Positions 1 to 18,398 of a stretch of 64,000 bases of DNA are shown one piece after another. Source of the DNA: Bugula neritina (Eukaryota; Animalia; Bryozoa); assembly GCA_964035545.1 (NCBI GenBank), contig OZ037765.1, positions 21,204,995 to 21,268,994 of the forward strand, read 5' to 3'. The notes beneath the pieces were generated by a model that saw only the letters and a list, made by a program, of their open reading frames with translations, ran no database searches and was not told the origin of the DNA. The number at the start of each line of letters is the position of its first letter. Positions within the stretch are counted from its first letter, which is position 1. Position numbers and translations under genes: made by a program.

Positions 1-648
1 AAAATATTATTTACACGAAATCATGCTGCAAAAATGGGTGGCTTGTGTAGTATCTGTGGGAAGTATATTTATTTCCCCAACCTTCCATGTATTAAATACC
101 TGCAACAGAAGACGTGATATTATATTATATAGTAAAAGTTCCAAGAGACGATAACTCAGTTAGCAGTGCCGCATATCCATGCGGCACCACACCACTCATT
201 ACGGTTAGAACCGCCAGAACTCCCAGCGGCCAATCAGAACTAACCCTTTAGATATAAACAGCGCCTTCCAGCGCCCAGCCTCAGTTGGAGGATAACTGTC
301 ATGTAGACTAGGATAATATTGTACAACTGTTCTATATGTGTATTCTTTTGCAATTGCTGATAACTTTACTTGTATGTAATTAGACATAAAATATAGATCT
401 TCTTCAAATGCTATCTACTTCAGTTTCTCTCTCAAACCTCGGAGCAGGTTATGAATCAGTAATTTGTGTATACAATAACACCCCACTATTCGTAGAGCAT
501 AAAATTACAACACTTGAATGCAACTTATACTTATTATTAAATAAGTAAAACAATAAAAAATGACATATTTTTATTAACATATAAAAGTAAAAACTAAAAT
601 AATTTTACTTATATATCAGTTAAAATGAACACATATTGAAAAGCTTGC

Positions 649-2001
649 TTAAACAGCTGTTCCATGAGTTTGCCCTGTATTCAAAGCAACGTCAGATAAT
701 GAGGTATCTGCTGTTGTATTAGTCATAGATTTTCGAGCAGCTGTAAGCAATACGTTGTGAATCCATTTGCTAGTGTCCACTGCATGTTCATTAATGGGTG
801 GCCAAGGATTTCCTGCAATCAAAAGAGGTGCTATGTGATTAATAAACAAAGCAGCATCGAAACAAAATACTGTTTTTACAATAGTAAGTGATAGATGGAA
901 TTGCATAACTGTAAGCATTAGCTATTCCAATGCATTCCATTACCTTTTAATTCTAGTACAGCTTGCATCCTATTTTCAGGATAAACATTTGGTAGTTGGT
1001 ACTGTTCAGTGTAGCTGGTTGAATAATTCTTATATCTAGGCACTAGTGTGTTGAATAATTTGTGAACCAGATCTTTGTCCTAAAAGAAACAATTTGCACT
1101 TTAAACAAAAATTGTAATCTATTAATAACCTAATTACAATACATTGTACAATATATACTTGTTATTATACTAATATATTCATGTACTTGAAAAGCAAATG
1201 TATTTTATTGAAAAAGATTCCACCTGTAAGTGCATTAATTTGCTGGAACACAGAGCAGCAGCTATTCAAAAAGCAAAAAAAAACTAAAATTCTATATAGA
1301 CACTAGACAGTGTTCCTAACGGTTGCTAGGAAAGCTTTGACTTGCTAATTTACAATTAGATATTACTTTTAAACAAATATAAAGTTGTTCATACTGTGAG
1401 GGCTTAGATACAACCTACTTATGACAAAATATTTTTTTCTGTTGTAGTAAAAGAAGTTATATATGCTTGTTTATACCAAAGATAGAGCAAATTGCTAGTA
1501 GCTGTTACTTACTAATAGCCAAAAGTCAGCCATTTCCACAACCTCCTTGTTCTTAGGACCATGCATGGCCGCTTGTTGTATCAACTAAAGCGAAATTAAA
1601 AAAAACTTATACAACACATCAGAAAAACAGCTCTAATTTAATAGCATTATACAAAAATATTAATTTGAATCTTTTAAAAAAATATTTTGTTTTTCAATAC
1701 CTAACCAAAAAACAATATAATATGATGTCAAAAACATTCCACACACTATGATGTCTTATATTTATCTTAGTTCATTTAAAGACTACAGTTTTAATTACAG
1801 ACCACGACTTAAACCCACCAATTCTGCATAGGCTCGAGACTCATCTAAGACAGCGAATGAGCCTTCTAGCCTTTCATGTCGCATCAACTGTGTCACTGTC
1901 ATGCGTATTCTCTCTATACGACCTTCAGGGCCACTTCCAAGGCCCAGTGTCCCCCTTAGCTTTCTAGGCCTCCGATTTAGCGGAACTCGAAGCCTATTCA
2001 T
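649..2001 (-). CDS. MRPL17: Mitochondrial ribosomal protein bL17m (MRPL17), 4 coding exons, ~184 aa
   Basis: Exons 1819-2001, 1513-1584, 944-1079 and 649-812 join in frame with GT-AG ends: MNRLRVPLNRRPRKLRGTLGLGSGPEGRIERIRMTVTQLMRHERLEG...AEL|LIQQAAMHGPKNKEVVEMADFWLL|DKDLVHKLFNTLVPRY...AVLELKG|NPWPP. This matches the metazoan MRPL17 pattern. A probable non-coding first exon ends at the GTGAGT donor near 3916. Confidence 0.93.
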
Positions 2002-3039
2002 TCTGCACAAACATATCTATTTGCTACATAATGCCTAGTTTTACCTTCACAAGTTAGAAATATATTTTTAAAAAGCCAATTTTGGAGATACAGCGAGAGA
2101 AGTTGCTTTTTTCAAATCAATAGAAATTTACCATGTTTAGCATACATAATACAAAAATATTATAAGCATTAAACCTCACAGTCAATATATGAATAAGTGT
2201 AACTCATTTAATACAACCAACAAAAAATAATTCACCTATTATAGCATTCACTTTGGTTTCCAGGCTCATGCGGCTTAATTGTGTAAAACATAATGTAAAA
2301 ATTACATAATTATAATAGTAGAACAGGGATGAGCATGAATACAATTAATCTAACAATTACACTGTGTTGTCAATATTGACTGTAAACCTAATACATATAT
2401 CCATAATCATTATATCAGTAAATATATAAATATAACTATTACTGTGAAGTATGAGCCTACTATTATACCAATCTTTTAACAGAAATACTAGTTAAACTAT
2501 ATATTAGTATCACTTAAAGAGTAATTGCAATCTATAGAGTATCATTTGTAGTAGATAAAATTAAATTAACAGTGACAAACACCATAAATCAGTATCTGAC
2601 AGCCATATGTGCAAATGATACATACTAAGATGTGTAATAAAAAGTTATTAAAATTGTTTTCAAATAAGTAAATAGTAAGTCTACCCTATTTTAATTAAAT
2701 TTTCTACAATACTCTAGCTTAGATTTCGTACATGTTAAATTTAAAAAACACAACATATTCATGCAGTGAAAACGCAATATGATTGTTCATTATAGGATTT
2801 GTACTCCTAATATAAATAGTTTAAAAAATTCAATAAGATAAAAGGCACAGTGATATTAAGTATTAACTGTTAATTTTATACTCATGCTGATAATTAGCAA
2901 TCACATAGTTAAAAAGTACTAACTATTAGTAATAAGTTAACTGTTAAACTTAACGCTAATGCCATGCTCTTACAGTTGAACGAAACTTTATTGCTAATTT
3001 ATTTTTAACTCTACCATTAGACTTGGCATAATTAATAAT

Positions 3040-3790
3040 CGTTACTATTAGTATTATAATTATTATAGAATTTATTATAATTATAATAAATTATATCATT
3101 ATTACAATTATATAAATTATCAATATAAATTATATTATTATTAATATTTTTATTAAAATTACTCTCTTTATTATTTATAACTATTACTATTACTATTAGT
3201 CCATTATCACTTCATTATGAACAACATTGCTACAACTAAACACTGATCTAGTAATACCAATACTTATACTAATAGTAATACTAATATTAATGTAATAGTA
3301 ATAGTAATACTAATGCCAGTATTAGTAATAACAATATCAATGACAATATGAATATGAATAATACTAATACTAATTATTTATAACTATTACTATTACTATT
3401 ACTCATACTATTAGTCCATTATCACTTCATTATGAACAACATTGCTACAACTAAACACTGATCTTCATCTAGTAATACCAATACTTATAGTTATACTAAT
3501 AGTAATACTAATATTAATGTAATAGTAATAGTAATACTAATACCAGTATTAGTAATAACAATATCAATGACAATATGAATATGAATAATACTAATACTAA
3601 TAGTAATACTAATACTAATAGTAATAGTTATAGTAATAGTAATACTAATACTACTAATACTAATAGTAATACTAATAGTAATAGTAATACTAATAGTAAA
3701 TGTAATAGTAATAGTTGTAACAATATTTATACTCTTATTTATTGTTGAACTATGTTATTGCTACACTAACTACTAAGTATTTTAATAATA
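3040..3790. repeat. Degenerate period-3/6 tract (AGTAAT/ACTAAT class) in inferred MRPL17 intron 1; contains a ~200-bp tandem duplication
   Basis: Runs such as 'agtaatactaatagtaatagttatagtaatagtaatact'. 3170-3372 is repeated at 3373-3599. Confidence 0.85.
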
Positions 3791-4020
3791 TTATTGCTAT
3801 AATTAGTAAAATACAAATACCAAGAAGCTAATGTAATAATTGTATTCTTCATTGATTAATTTGTGACCAAGTGAAAGAAAAATAATTGCGTTGGAAACTC
3901 AACATGACAAACTCACCGGCCTTCACTTAGCCGATGAGCTTAGCTTTCTTTGCAAAAAAGAGGTAAATAGAAGTGTTTTGCAGCTCGGTGCATTATTACT
4001 CGGTCAAGGTAACACTAGCA

Positions 4021-4033
4021 GTTTCCAGGCAAC
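4021..4033. promoter_or_regulatory. RFX X-box-like motif in the MRPL17/CCDC166 bidirectional promoter
   Basis: GTTTCCAGGCAAC (reverse GTTGCC-T-GGAAAC) fits the RFX consensus GTNRCC-N0-3-RGYAAC/RGNAAC. It lies ~530 bp upstream of the CCDC166 ATG. Confidence 0.55.
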
Positions 4034-4551
4034 CATGATAATATCGCAAAATTGAAGCGCAAGTGTCTTACTACTTGCCTGTGCAATTGAAGTTACAGAT
4101 TACATAGAGAGTTTCTAAGGTTAATTTTAACTAAATTCAAATTATAACTTTTTATATTTATAGTCATATTTTTTTCACGTTTGAACACACGTATCAAACA
4201 ATCAAAATTTGACAAAACTTAAAACACAAAGGCAAATTAAAAATGGCTAATTGAAATTCAACTTTATCCTGCACCTTTATCAGCAATATCTTTAAGTAAA
4301 TATATTGACATATATAATTAACATATTATACACAATAATTATGTAGAGTAATAATTTTCAAACTGTTTCTAAAAGCATGCAACTCAATTTGATTTTTTTT
4401 CTAAAAGATTAACTTAAAACAAAGTCAAATGCACTTATAATTTGTAAATTCCTGAAGTTTTATGTAATCAAATAAATTATTTTCTATTATTGCTAACACA
4501 AAAGTTTTTAACTTGAACAGTTTTAGCAGTCAACAGTACCATTTCTACATA

Positions 4552-6739
4552 ATGCCACCCAAAGCAAAAAAGAAGGGTAAAAAGAAAGGAAAGAAGGCTG
4601 AAGGGTCTAAGCCTGAGCCTGGTATACCTACAGACAAAGAAGAAATAATGCAAAAAGAGTAAGCAGTAGCTGTAAAAAAACTCTTGATTAAAATTGCTTT
4701 GATATTTGCAACACCTTAGCAAGACCATGTTTTAGCATTTTGAGTTTATGTAATTATTATGCATGTATACCTCTTACTATGCTTTATATGATATGGGTAG
4801 TAGCACAACAATGGTTTTCAATTTTGATTTGTGTAGAAAACGTAATTTTGATTGTTATATTGTTTTTAGACTAGATGCCTTAACAACTGAGCTTACAACA
4901 TTGAAAGATCGATGCTCAGAATTGTATCCTTAAATAAAGGCCAAATTGTCCTGTTCAAAAGATTTGGTGTTGACCCATAGCAATCTGCTAGTGCAGTAGT
5001 TCTGTTTAGGTTGTATTTTTAGGCTGTGCTAACTTTTGTTCTTATACCTGTTTTAATTATAACTTTTGAAAAGCATAATTATTTTCAAATAATTATTTAT
5101 CCTTGACCAAATGAAAAGACGAAACCAAAACAACTTTCTCCAACAAGAAGCAGGAAAGATCCGAACAGAAAGTGTAAGATATTAATATTCGAACTTATAA
5201 TTTCAATAAGATTTACGCATTCAATTGCAGACTCACCACTAGGGACACAAAATCTGCCATTTAAATATATTAACATTTATTATCAAAATTTGGTTTGTTA
5301 ATTTTAGCATGAGTATATGAGTTACATGGAAAAAAAGACTCATAAAAGACAAACTTCTATTATTACACTGAGTGATCAAAACACTAAAGAAATACAAGAC
5401 ATTAGAGACCAGCAGGAAAGAATGTTGGCTACATATGAAGAAAAGAAGTCTAAGTTACGAGCCATTATGCTTGAAAAAGAGGCAGCCCTAGCCAAAATTA
5501 AACAAGAGTTAGATGACTTGGGTGATTATAAGGTATTTCCACGTCAAAATAGGATATTCTAGCAAACTAGATAAGGTCAAATTTTTTATGTGTTAATTTA
5601 GTTTTATAAGCTAATTTAGATGAGATTTTGCTCCAATAAACGTGAATGCCTTTAAAATAATAATTGACATAAACTATGCTGTGTGTGAGGCCAATGCAGC
5701 CTCCAAATAAGGGTTTCCCAATGACTAATCATAAAGCAGTTCTATTGTTCAAGACAATCATGCAACATTTCACAGCATATGCAGCATCTCTTGGTGCTCT
5801 GCTAAAGATGAGTAATTTCATAATAGTTATAACATAATATAATTTACCAATATACCCGTGAACTGCAACAAAGCATCAACAATTGATTATTGTCAAAATC
5901 AGTAATACTGACTGAGCCACGCTCTATATAATAATTTGCTCAACTTGTAACAACTAAATTTTTTCTAACTGTATCCTACTCATGTGACGATACTTTTAAT
6001 TGTGCAAAAATTAAATCTAGCTACATGCATAATCTTATGTTGAAAAATAGAGCTTTAAAATAGCAATGATCAACTCCATATTTTTAGAATAATAATTCAA
6101 AGGAACAAAGCATGTAACATCACAGGTGCTATCACAGTTTACATGTAATATTTTAGAATCTACAGAGTAAGCAGTTAACCAGAATCAAAGAGTTGGAAGC
6201 AGAAGTGACGCAGATGAGATCAACACACACCAGAGCAATACAAGATCTTAAAAATAAATTCTTGGAAGAGAAACGATCTTTTCAGCAAGACTCGGACAGT
6301 AAAATTAATACGATGACAAAGTTGGCTAGCAAGGTGAGAGGTGTAGCTAATACAAGTAGCAAATGAACAAATTCCTGAACAATTGGATCTGTTTCTTTTT
6401 CGGTATTATACTTTAAGACTGCAGATTCACTTAGTTATAGTTTACCAGTTTTGTATGGTTTTGTAGGAAGCTATGAGCTGTTTGAATGAACACACAACCA
6501 AAATAAAGTTAGAAAACAGGCGACTCAGACATGCTCTTTTGAACTTGATCAGAAAATCCAGAGCACTGAATGAACAAAAGGTAGAATTAGAAGAGCAAAA
6601 GAAAACCTTGCTTCGAGAAAAGCAGTATGCTGAAGATCTTAAAACTATTCGAAGTACTAGACAACATAAAATACAGAATGCTTTAGGCTTAGATGTTACC
6701 CCTAATCCTGAACAATTTGATATCTCAGATGAAAAGTAG
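4552..6739 (+). CDS. CCDC166: Coiled-coil domain-containing protein 166-like (DUF4515/BBOF1-CCDC121-CCDC166 family), 6 exons
   Basis: Exons 4552-4658, 4870-4923, 5119-5173, 5308-5532, 6157-6333, 6467-6739: MPPKAKKKGKKK...NNFLQQEAGKIRTES|HEYMSYMEKKTHKRQTSIITLSDQN...LGDYK|NLQSKQLTRIKELEAEV...KFLEEKRSF...HTTKIKLENRRLRHALLNLI. This is collinear with my recollection of vertebrate CCDC166. Confidence 0.78.
4924..5118 (+). other. U12-type (minor spliceosome) GT-AG intron
   Basis: 5' splice site GTATCCTTAA at 4924. Branch site TTATCCTTGAC at ~5097-5107, ~10 nt before the AG at 5117-5118, with no polypyrimidine tract. Splicing keeps the CCDC166 frame. Confidence 0.88.
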
Positions 6740-6849
6740 CTAGAGAATATCTCGTATACATGTATTTGTTTAAATTTTATAACACACATCATATTTTGAT
6801 AAGCATGTTATACAATAGTTGTATATATTGACTGCTAAATGTTTTTATT

Positions 6850-7767
6850 TCAAAATATACCAGATTTTTTACACAGTTCAACAATGTCCATGTGTTTAAA
6901 CTCATTGGGGTTAGTTTGCATAGATTTTACCAATTTAAAATTCTCTTCACTTCCGTACATGAATTGCGTTTGATGAACTAAAAGTGTTGCTAATTCAGGT
7001 TTCAAATCCTCCTGGGCAATCTCCCCTTTCATAAGTACAATACCTTTAGCACTGGCCAACTCTGTATAGTACTGAACGCACAAACTGTAGGGAGCATATT
7101 CTCCATGAGTTTGGTAGGCAAGTAGTGGTGTGAAATACCAATCATCATTTGTACACTGGCCTAGCATAAACTCATAGCCAGATTCTCTAGGTAAGGCATA
7201 CACAAACATCGGGCACTCGTTACCCTTCTCTCGTAGACGGTGATACTTCTCAACAGGCAATGTGGCAAATAAAACATTTTCTTTAGTAGCATAGTACTGG
7301 TTCCATATTTGTGCAATCTCTTCACTAGATTTGACCTGCAAAAGCTCAAGCTTAATAATTGAATCCAAACTTTTTCGCTTCGACGATTGCGGTGTTTGAG
7401 AATGACTGGTAGAAGAGCTTTTCATTCTTTCCAGGACTGAAGATCCTTTCACATCACTTTCAACCTGTTTTGCTTCTACTGGTTTGTTTTTCTCTCCGTA
7501 TATTTTCTTCATAGCAGCTTCATACTCTTGAGGTTTGCTTTGCTTGATTTTCTCTAGCTTTTCTTTATATTTGTCATAATAAGTGTTTTCTTCGATAGTT
7601 GGTGCTGCTGGTTTGTCATATGTTGATAATTTAGCTAAATGAGTCAACAATGCTGAAGTTGGTTGGTTAGCAGCTGAAGCAGCTGAAGCCGCTGCAGGTG
7701 CTCTTATATTGAAAGCTGCGTTTAGTAACCTTTTTGCATGCATGTCTGATAAATTTCCACTAGCCAT
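6850..7767 (-). CDS. ATPAF1: ATP synthase mitochondrial F1 complex assembly factor 1 (ATP11 family); CDS in a single exon
   Basis: Uninterrupted ORF with NTYYDKYKEKL, KSLDSIIKLELL, IAQIWNQYY, CPMFVYALPRESGYEFM, FTPLLAYQTHGEYAP and KGIVLMKGE (ATP11 domain), plus an Ala/Arg-rich presequence-like N-terminus. Acceptor at 7780; upstream exon donor at 8730. Confidence 0.93.
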   Translation of the reverse strand: MASGNLSDMHAKRLLNAAFNIRAPAAASAASAANQPTSALLTHLAKLSTYDKPAAPTIEENTYYDKYKEKLEKIKQSKPQEYEAAMKKIYGEKNKPVEAKQVESDVKGSSVLERMKSSSTSHSQTPQSSKRKSLDSIIKLELLQVKSSEEIAQIWNQYYATKENVLFATLPVEKYHRLREKGNECPMFVYALPRESGYEFMLGQCTNDDWYFTPLLAYQTHGEYAPYSLCVQYYTELASAKGIVLMKGEIAQEDLKPELATLLVHQTQFMYGSEENFKLVKSMQTNPNEFKHMDIVELCKKSGIF

Positions 7768-8239
7768 CCAAGTGTTCACCTAAACATGTACACAGAAAAT
7801 TTACTTACAGCAATAAGAAAAGTCAATCAAATTAATAATAATAACACAACAGCAACTATGCTGTCATTACTACAACTAGTTGACACAATGTTATATGTCA
7901 GTGTTGTTCTGATAGTCAAAATTTCGAAACAAATCAACATTTTGAATACCTTAACTTTAAGGCCTAGAACTAAATGGGGCTTACACAATTGAAAAAAAAA
8001 TCACTTCACCTAAGAATGTTTACTCTATAAATTGATTCTAGCCCCACTTTTAGAAATTACTTCCCTTTAGTTAAGCAGCTCAACAACGTGCAGTTGATAG
8101 ATGTAATCAGTAATGATAATCATAATTGACATGCATTTACAAGCAAGTTGTGGGTTTTTATACCCTTAACAAACTAGCAGTAGTTGGGCGCAATTAAAAT
8201 GATTTTTGCATGGCTTTGCTTTAAATAAGTCAATTTGCA

Positions 8240-8630
8240 GTTATACTGTTACTGTCATACTTGTAGTAAATGTAATACTAGTTTAGTTAATAGTAATACT
8301 AATAGTATTACTATAAATATAAGTATAACTAGTAATAAAATAGTAATAGTAATACTAATAGTTATAGTTTATACTTTATTAGTTATACTTATAGTATTAG
8401 TTATAGTATTACTAACTCTAAGTCTAATAGTAATAGTATTAGTATAAGCATTACTATGTTTATTACTACTACTACTCAGTAGTAGTAGCAATAAACATAG
8501 TAATACTTATACCAACACTGTACAGGTACTACTACTAGTAGTACTAGTACTGTAGTAGTAGTAGTAGTACTAAGTACTATAACTCAATACATTATATAAT
8601 TATAAATATTACTATTAGTAGTTGAGTGCT
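8240..8630. repeat. Degenerate period-3/6 tract in inferred ATPAF1 intron 1
   Basis: 'aatagtaatactaatagtattactataaatataagtataactagt...gttatacttatagtattagttatagtattact'. Confidence 0.8.
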
Positions 8631-8729
8631 TGTTAGTTAATACTTCTACAAATATAAGCAACGGTTATAAATTACTCTTTATTTTAAGTCAAACTTAGGG
8701 CAATAAAATGAAAATGCAAATTAAAAATA

Positions 8730-9175
8730 CCTTCACAGAATATTATAAAACACGACTCTGAAAATGCAAAGTTGCTCATAGCCTCTCGCAAAGAAATCTA
8801 TTGATAACCAGGTAAAAACTTTAGAATGTGTTGAGACGTCAAGCCACCAATCAGCCTTCACTACTTGGTTTGTTGTCCAATCCAAGGTGGTACTTTGCCG
8901 TGTAACCCTTTAGCCCAATCAGAGTGGTGACATCGAAACAAGCGCGTGATTAGATCGGTGCCATGCGGATTTATTTACTTTCACTCGTGACTCAAAGTCG
9001 AAGCACTGGTACTTTGTAACTCAGCCCATCTGGTTTCACTCAAAATTAAAGTCAGTGACTTGTTTCACATATGCCTTCTTTAATATTGCTATTACTTTGT
9101 ACAAACTGAGTTATTTGCTTTTTTTCTTCTGCGTAGTTTAAATTTGTTTAAACTATTAAAGCCCTGTAGACTGTA
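8730..9175. promoter_or_regulatory. ATPAF1/ATIC bidirectional promoter with three CCAAT boxes
   Basis: Locally GC/CpG-richer island between divergent genes. CCAAT at 8847, 8877 and 8915; CRE-like GACGTCA at 8835. Outward-facing donors at 8730 (- strand) and 9173 (GTAAGT, + strand). Confidence 0.65.
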
Positions 9176-9189
9176 AGTGTAAGTGGAAT

Positions 9190-9860
9190 CTAATACTAAT
9201 AGTAATAGTAATTGTAAAACTAAAAGTAAAAATAATTTCAAAGTCATCATCAAATTCAATATCAATATGAATATCATTATTATCATTAACTTTATCGGTG
9301 ATTATAATAATGATTATTGTTTATTGACTATCAATGTTAATATCATAATGATTAAGTGATTATCATTATCATTATGATTTAATTTTAGGATATTGATTAT
9401 CATAAATATGATGAAGTAATTACTAATTACTATTAGTAATTAATATTATTATAATAATTATGATGACCAATTGATACTCATATCTCATGCTGATACTGGT
9501 ATTTGTGGTGATACTCATACTGATGCTCATAGTCATTGTGATTGTCGTACTTATAGTTATAGTGATAGACCATAGTGATCCTCTTGACTCGGTAATATTA
9601 ATTTTAATACTGATTCTCACACTAATAGTAATACTAATAGTGATACTTGGTCTTATAATCATAGTGATACTGATGGTCATGATGATATTGTTAGTGATTG
9701 TCATACTCATACTGAAACTTATAGTCGCACTCATTGTGACGAAGGGACGTTGTGATTTCGATACTGATGTCATGTTGATGCTCAGCCTCATAATCATAAC
9801 TCATCTTCAAAAATATTAGAACACTCTGGCAACACCTAATAGTAATAACACAAAATTAAT
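9190..9860. repeat. Degenerate period-3/6 tract in inferred ATIC intron 1
   Basis: 'atactcatactgatgctcatagtcattgtgattgtcgtacttatagttatagtgatagac', i.e. (AT-N-[C/G]T-N)n. It yields the spurious I/V/L ORF 9487-9819 and I/S/T ORF 9423-9797. Confidence 0.85.
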
Positions 9861-10046
9861 GATTGCCTCTCCGTGATCATCTTGTGTTGTTTTTGTTTAA
9901 GTTTATTGGAATAAAACAATTCTAGCGTGTAGCTAAGTTAAGTTTTAGGTTTATTTAACTGAGATGTATAAGGTCTAATAGCACATATCTAAGCTGCGTT
10001 TGTGTTAACTCTTATGAGGTAGTATCATCAAATCTCTAATCTTTCA

Positions 10047-18008
<7,962 letters not shown>

Positions 18009-18398
18009 TTGGTATTTTTTGTGATTGTAAAGTCTAAACTTGAAATTTTGACTAACATTTACTATTTCTGCCAAAGAATATTAATAAAATATATAAAAAT
18101 ATTATTTTATGCAGTTTATTTCACCATTGATTTTGGTCCCATAATTTTTTTTAATAAATTATATAAAATCACAAAGGAATGAAAAAAAGTAATAGAACTG
18201 TAAATTTTAATGCACAACAACAGCCAAATAATAAATATAAGATTACATGTCTTTTCACAAAATGTATAGATTTGCTCAAGCATGGACCTAAAAGATAGAA
18301 ATGTAGAATGTCTATTACCTTTGCATTGCATTGCATACGTTGAATACAAATACACTGACTAATAATTTGGTGATTCAATATCCTGTTGAACTGGCTCA

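Noticed and set aside
9423-9819. Overlapping hydrophobic (I/V/L) and I/S/T ORFs; similar ORFs at 8235-8447, 9092-9286, 32160-32348 and 59715-59948
   Set aside because: By-products of the period-3/6 tracts (a fixed T or A every third base). No domain, and they lie in inferred first introns.
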